Source: a virus (lineage: Duplodnaviria; Heunggongvirae; Uroviricota; Caudoviricetes). From it: DNA of 64,000 nt. Positions 60,490-64,000 of the stretch are shown in pieces; position 1 is the stretch's first letter, and every line of letters starts with the position of its first letter. The position numbers and the translations under genes were made by a program. The stretch covers positions 64,001 to 128,000 of IMG/VR virus record IMGVR_UViG_3300025015_000009; one strand, given 5' to 3'. The notes under the pieces are model-generated. The model saw only the letters and a program-made list of their open reading frames with translations. It made no database searches and was not told where the DNA came from.

Positions 60490-60565
60490 TGGTAGGTGGC
60501 ACAGGACTCGAACCTGTATAAAACGCCGTGTAAAGACGCTGGTTAACCTCTCACTCCAGCCACCC
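60490..60565 (-). tRNA. tRNA-Val(UAC)
   Basis: TTTACAC loop; ACCA. Confidence 0.8.
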
Positions 60566-60571
60566 ATTAAA

Positions 60572-60766
60572 TCATTGAATGTAACTCTTGCCAAACTGTT
60601 TCTCTCCGGCTTTCAGCAACTCACATTCTGTTACTGCTGAAAAATCACGCAACAACTCCAACACCCTTGCAACATCCTCCTCGGTGGGTTTTCTGGTTTG
60701 CAACTCTGCATAGAGAGTGTCGATCCCGGCGATGGTGATATTCATATCTGGAACAACTGTAGTCAT
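60572..60766 (-). CDS. Hypothetical protein
   Basis: ORF track; AAGGAG RBS. Confidence 0.55.
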   Translation of the reverse strand: MTTVVPDMNITIAGIDTLYAELQTRKPTEEDVARVLELLRDFSAVTECELLKAGEKQFGKSYIQ

Positions 60767-60787
60767 GTCACACTCCTTAAATTGAAT

Positions 60788-60950
60788 CTGTTGTTAGTAT
60801 GTACCACAGCTTTCGTTGCAACATACTTACCGTGGTCTCAGCAAGTCCAATCCCAGCGGGGACTGTTTGCGCTTCCTCTACACCGCATATCTTCGGCTAC
60901 TGCTAACTCCTTATCGAAGGGAGTTTTTCTTTTCACCGGTACTAACAACA
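60788..60950 (-). ncRNA. Candidate multi-hairpin ncRNA
   Basis: TGTTGTTAGTA / TACTAACAACA terminal stem with several internal hairpins. Confidence 0.45.
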
Positions 60951-60954
60951 AAAC

Positions 60955-61069
60955 TGGCGGCGCACCGATTAACACGTTACCTGTATCGCTACGACCTTTA
61001 TGAGCGTCCCCACGAGTCGATGTAACAATCTAACGTGAATACGTCCGGACCGGACGTATTCGATGCGCC
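60955..61069 (-). ncRNA. tRNA-like RNA with 10-bp acceptor stem and GCCA end
   Basis: GGCGCATCGA / TCGGTGCGCC-GCCA; non-cloverleaf body. Confidence 0.55.
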
Positions 61070-61074
61070 AAACT

Positions 61075-61149
61075 TGGTGCTCATGGTGAGAATCGGACTC
61101 ACAACCTCCTCATTACCAATGAGGTGCGCTGCCATTGTGCTACACGAGC
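61075..61149 (-). tRNA. tRNA-Thr(GGU)
   Basis: CCTCA-TTGGTAA-TGAGG; ACCA. Confidence 0.85.
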
Positions 61150-61155
61150 AAATCT

Positions 61156-61232
61156 TGGCGTCCCTGCACGGAATCGAACCGCGTCTATTCTGATTTTGGA
61201 GACCAGTGCACCACCACTTATGCGTCAGAGAC
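61156..61232 (-). tRNA. tRNA-Trp(CCA), atypical A8/C9
   Basis: CTGGT-CTCCAAA-ATCAG; GCCA. Confidence 0.8.
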
Positions 61233-61243
61233 ATTCTTAATAC

Positions 61244-61319
61244 TGGCAGAGGGTGTAGGAATCGAACCTACTTTTGTACAGGTTCAAAACCTGTTGCATT
61301 ACCATTCCGCGTACCCCCT
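61244..61319 (-). tRNA. tRNA-Gln(UUG), second copy
   Basis: ACAGG-TTTTGAA-CCTGT; GCCA. Confidence 0.8.
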
Positions 61320-61354
61320 AATTACTACATTAACCCATCGGGCTAGTTTGATTC

Positions 61355-61425
61355 TGGTGCGGGTGGTGAGACTCGAACTCACAACCTCCTCGTTGGCAAC
61401 GAGGTATTCTGGCCAATACACCTAC
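61355..61425 (-). tRNA. tRNA-Gly(GCC)
   Basis: CCTCG-TTGCCAA-CGAGG; ACCA. Confidence 0.75.
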
Positions 61426-61499
61426 TATAATCGTGGTGTTAGTGCGTCTTACATCGCAACTGTGTTGCCACTAGCACTGAATCGCTTCTATGCGGTAAT

Positions 61500-61573
61500 T
61501 GGCATCCCATGAGAGAATCGAACTCCCACAAAGAGATTTGGAGGCTCTTGTGCTACCTTTACACCAATGGGAC
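61500..61573 (-). tRNA. tRNA-Trp(CCA), second copy
   Basis: CTCCAAA loop; GCCA. Confidence 0.75.
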
Positions 61574-61727
61574 ATCGACTCTACAACTAATATCGCGCAA
61601 ACCTGCACAGGATTGTTGCTACTGCAACCTCACGGATAACGAGGCAACATGGCAACCCATTACTGAATTGTTATCCCATATTTACTTTCCCTGCTTTCGT
61701 TCTTGGCGTTTACATTCTTGCGATAAC

Positions 61728-61803
61728 TGGCGGGGGAGGTAGGAATCGAACCTACGAAAAACTGCCTCAGAAGCAGCGGCAACAGCCATTATGCGCCTCC
61801 CCT
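61728..61803 (-). tRNA. tRNA-Gln(CUG)
   Basis: CTGC-TTCTGAG-GCAG; GCCA. Confidence 0.8.
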
Positions 61804-61916
61804 ATAAAACTTAATTTGTCACACCCTCACATTGTGGCTATCCCAACGAACCCATCCCCTGCGACTTAACGCCTGCTTCAAGGCTCACGGCTTAGTTATT
61901 GAGCACGACAAAACTA

Positions 61917-61992
61917 TGGTGAACACGTCCGGTCTCGAACCGGAGACCTGAGCATTAAGAGTGCCCTGCTCTGCCAACTGAGCTACGTGTCC
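61917..61992 (-). tRNA. tRNA-Lys(CUU)
   Basis: GGGCA-CTCTTAA-TGCTC; ACCA. Confidence 0.88.
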
Positions 61993-62031
61993 GTCAATCG
62001 AAATACACTTGTTGAAATGCATTTTGATTGC

Positions 62032-62117
62032 TGGTAGGGGCGGTGAGACTCGAACTCGACCTCTAACTTACGTTGCCGGATTAAAAGTCCGGTGCCTGAC
62101 CTCTAGGCTACACCCCC
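62032..62117 (-). tRNA. tRNA-Lys(UUU) with long variable arm
   Basis: CCGGA-CTTTTAA-TCCGG then about 17-nt V-region. Confidence 0.7.
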
Positions 62118-62288
62118 AAAGCATTGTTACCTTGTCCAACCTACGCTGTGCTTTAAAGGTCTTGCCATGCACACCGTTTCCTGCGTTTCGTTTCATTAAT
62201 GCCACCACAACATGATTGCGTGGTGGCATCGGTTTTCGTTTCATAATGTTCTCCTTAATTTAATTCTTCGTCATTACCTTTAACCATT

Positions 62289-62365
62289 TGGTGCCCCGTG
62301 AGGGATTCGAACCCCCGACCCGTGAGGTAGAAGCTCACTGCTCTAGTCCACTGAGCTAACGAGAC
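62289..62365 (-). tRNA. tRNA-Arg(UCU)
   Basis: GTGAG-CTTCTAC-CTCAC; ACCA. Confidence 0.88.
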
Positions 62366-62371
62366 AATAAT

Positions 62372-62698
62372 CTACCAGTACCAGCTTGCATCCTTAACCC
62401 GAACCATCTTAGGGACTTCAAACTGCTCATTCCCTAATTTCTTCCAGCGATGGATAGCTTGCTTTTCGATATTGGTTGCTACTTTGTTTCTCCAACGGCG
62501 ATACCAGTGTGGTGGGGACTTTTTACAGTAACTCCCGAAACCAGCATCACTGTGATACACCGCCAATTTCTTTTTTCCCTCTTTCGAGTGACGGTCGATA
62601 ACACTTGTAACTCTTGTATCAAACCAGGCGCAAGCATAATGGATCAGCACCCAATCATAATTGTGTTTGACATTCTTCCTGCGAATCGTTCTTGCCAT
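62372..62698 (-). CDS. Basic hypothetical protein
   Basis: ORF track; AAGGAG RBS. Confidence 0.65.
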   Translation of the reverse strand: MARTIRRKNVKHNYDWVLIHYACAWFDTRVTSVIDRHSKEGKKKLAVYHSDAGFGSYCKKSPPHWYRRWRNKVATNIEKQAIHRWKKLGNEQFEVPKMVRVKDASWYW

Positions 62699-62761
62699 GA
62701 TAATTCTCCTTTTAAGATAACTATTTCATGGTGAACTCCTTTCTTCGTTAGGTTAAAAATT

Positions 62762-62803
62762 TGGTATCCTTGACTGGACCCGAACCAGTGACTTCTGCGT
62801 TAT
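62762..62803 (-). pseudogene. Orphan tRNA 3' half
   Basis: ATAA-CGCAG-AAGTC-ACTGGTTCGGGTCCAGT-CAAGGAT-ACCA. Confidence 0.75.
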
Positions 62804-62877
62804 TGGTAGGACGGGAAAGAGTTGAACTTTCGTAACTGGCTTATCAAGCCAACATTCTACCGTTGAATTACCGCCCC
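62804..62877 (-). tRNA. tRNA-Ile(GAU), overlapping the endonuclease stop codon
   Basis: TTGGC-TTGATAA-GCCAG; ACCA. Confidence 0.8.
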
Positions 62878-63468
62878 AATAAACTGCTTAGTAAGTTGTT
62901 CTTTTGTCAAAACATACAACTTAACATTATTTTGTTCTTTAACTTTTCGTATTTTTTCAGCATCACACTTTGCTTTGTAATCGTTCTTTGGGTCTAACCA
63001 CACCTCAAAGTCTACCAAGTAGAAATCAGCAAAATAATTTTTACCGTCATACTTTAATGCCTTTGGTCGTATCCAGTTAACCCCTAACTCACAAAGAATT
63101 TCAAAGCAAGCGTACTCATATGTGCTTTGCAAAGTAGTGCTGTTGCCATATGAGTCAAACACCTTGAATTTCTTTGTTCTACCTGCAAGAGGTTGATACC
63201 CTCCGAAACCGCGCGCCTTAGCAACTATAGAGAGACGAGCCTTTGTTGCCGCTGACACCGTATGTGACTTACCAAGCTGTCCCAAACTCTTTAACTGCAC
63301 CCGTACATCCGTCGATGCAGTTTTCCCTTTATTCCACGCCACCCGCCGCACAGGTATTGCGGGTATTACGCTAGGACAAATTCCCACGGTGTGACTTCGT
63401 GTTAGTTGGCCTGTAGTGGTTTCGCGTCTACATTTTAAACACGAGCAGATTATCTGATGTTTAGTCAT
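62857..63468 (-). CDS. Free-standing homing endonuclease (NUMOD3-like plus PD-(D/E)XK)
   Basis: WNKGK; QSTYE...YFADFYL...LDPK. Confidence 0.7.
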   Translation of the reverse strand: MTKHQIICSCLKCRRETTTGQLTRSHTVGICPSVIPAIPVRRVAWNKGKTASTDVRVQLKSLGQLGKSHTVSAATKARLSIVAKARGFGGYQPLAGRTKKFKVFDSYGNSTTLQSTYEYACFEILCELGVNWIRPKALKYDGKNYFADFYLVDFEVWLDPKNDYKAKCDAEKIRKVKEQNNVKLYVLTKEQLTKQFIGAVIQR

Positions 63469-63496
63469 ACGCTTAGTCTAACACAAGGCTACCAAA

Positions 63497-63533
63497 ATCA
63501 AGATTGCACTCTAGCCAACTGAGTTACGGAAGC
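63497..63533 (-). pseudogene. Orphan tRNA-Ile(GAU) 5' half
   Basis: GCTTCCG-TA-ACTCAGTTGGCTAGAGT-G-CAATC-TTGAT, ends right after the anticodon. Confidence 0.75.
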
Positions 63534-63567
63534 ATTAACATTAGAATAAATGAATTTGAAAAATTTA

Positions 63568-63651
63568 TGGAGAACAATAGGAGAATCGAACTCCTCACCT
63601 TTCGGTCCATTGGATTTGCAATCCAAGACATTGCCACTCTGTCAATTGTTC
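63568..63651 (-). tRNA. tRNA-Cys(GCA) with long variable arm
   Basis: TTGGA-TTGCAAA-TCCAA; U73; V-arm ACC-GAAA-GGT. Confidence 0.78.
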
Positions 63652-63679
63652 TCTATAAACCTCTCCATCTAAGTACATT

Positions 63680-63798
63680 TGGTCCGAGGAACGGGAGTCG
63701 AACCCGTATGCCCTTACGGGCGGCAGATTTTCAGAAACACCCGTTTTTGACAGATGCTTGAAAAAGTCTGCTATGGCTACCAATTACATCACCCTCGG
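63680..63798 (-). tRNA. tRNA-Leu (probably UAA) with 32-nt anticodon-loop insertion
   Basis: Leu-type body (long V-arm, A73); stem GCAGA/TCTGC encloses 39 nt. Confidence 0.8.
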
Positions 63799-63811
63799 AT
63801 AATACTGTATT

Positions 63812-64000
63812 TCAATGCTTTTGTTTTAATGCCAGCGAAATCTTTCGTTTATGTTCTTCAGATTTCGGTTTACCTTTATTCACAGCAGCACATTTGTTCC
63901 CTAACTTCATTCTACTATTTCTAGCACATGCTTCTTCGTATCCATACTTTTGCACCGAACGTTCCCACGGATTTTTATATCCCCCGGGTTGTTCTGCTCT
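63812..64000 (-). CDS. C-terminus of a probable homing endonuclease (NUMOD3), partial
   Basis: NKGKPKSEEHKRKISLAL. Confidence 0.6.
   Translation of the reverse strand, partial: RAEQPGGYKNPWERSVQKYGYEEACARNSRMKLGNKCAAVNKGKPKSEEHKRKISLALKQKH

Noticed and set aside
62762-63533. Trans- or cis-spliced tRNA-Ile formed from the two orphan halves
   Set aside because: Acceptor and anticodon stems of the halves are not complementary, and no group I core was seen
61135-63783. Track ORFs overlapping tRNAs (61135, 61509, 62009, 63504, 63595)
   Set aside because: Explained by tRNA genes; no protein motifs

Overview
This window is a segment of a large, T4-related (jumbo/huge) lytic dsDNA phage genome, probably infecting a beta- or gamma-proteobacterium (inference). 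Most genes lie on the minus strand. It contains: (i) a cluster of putative capsid-packaged proteins sharing an N-terminal M[KR]xx[ED][FIV]xx[ED] leader, including ADP-ribosyltransferase-like paralogs, a nucleotidyltransferase and a T7 gp0.7-like kinase; (ii) a replication module with helicase, primase, mini-DnaE, gp62-like subunit, UvsW and ligase; (iii) an NAD+ salvage locus (NAMPT plus NadM-Nudix) enclosing a split RlmN/Cfr-like radical SAM system whose catalytic AACGQ Cys is on a separate 54-aa peptide; (iv) a phage-encoded fliS-fliC-flgK flagellar module, a type IV pilin and a cytochrome c; (v) clpP, and dnaK interrupted by a group I intron carrying a GIY-YIG endonuclease; (vi) a TROVE/vWA-like gene preceded by repeated hairpin RNAs; (vii) an RF1-like release factor with an in-frame UGA; (viii) a circularly permuted tmRNA with a 35-residue tag, and about 21 tRNA genes, several atypical (one with a 32-nt anticodon-loop insertion), interleaved with homing endonucleases and candidate novel ncRNAs. 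Repeated sigma70-type early promoter cassettes and T4-like TAAATA late promoter motifs organise expression. All calls come from motif recognition by eye; no database searches were run.
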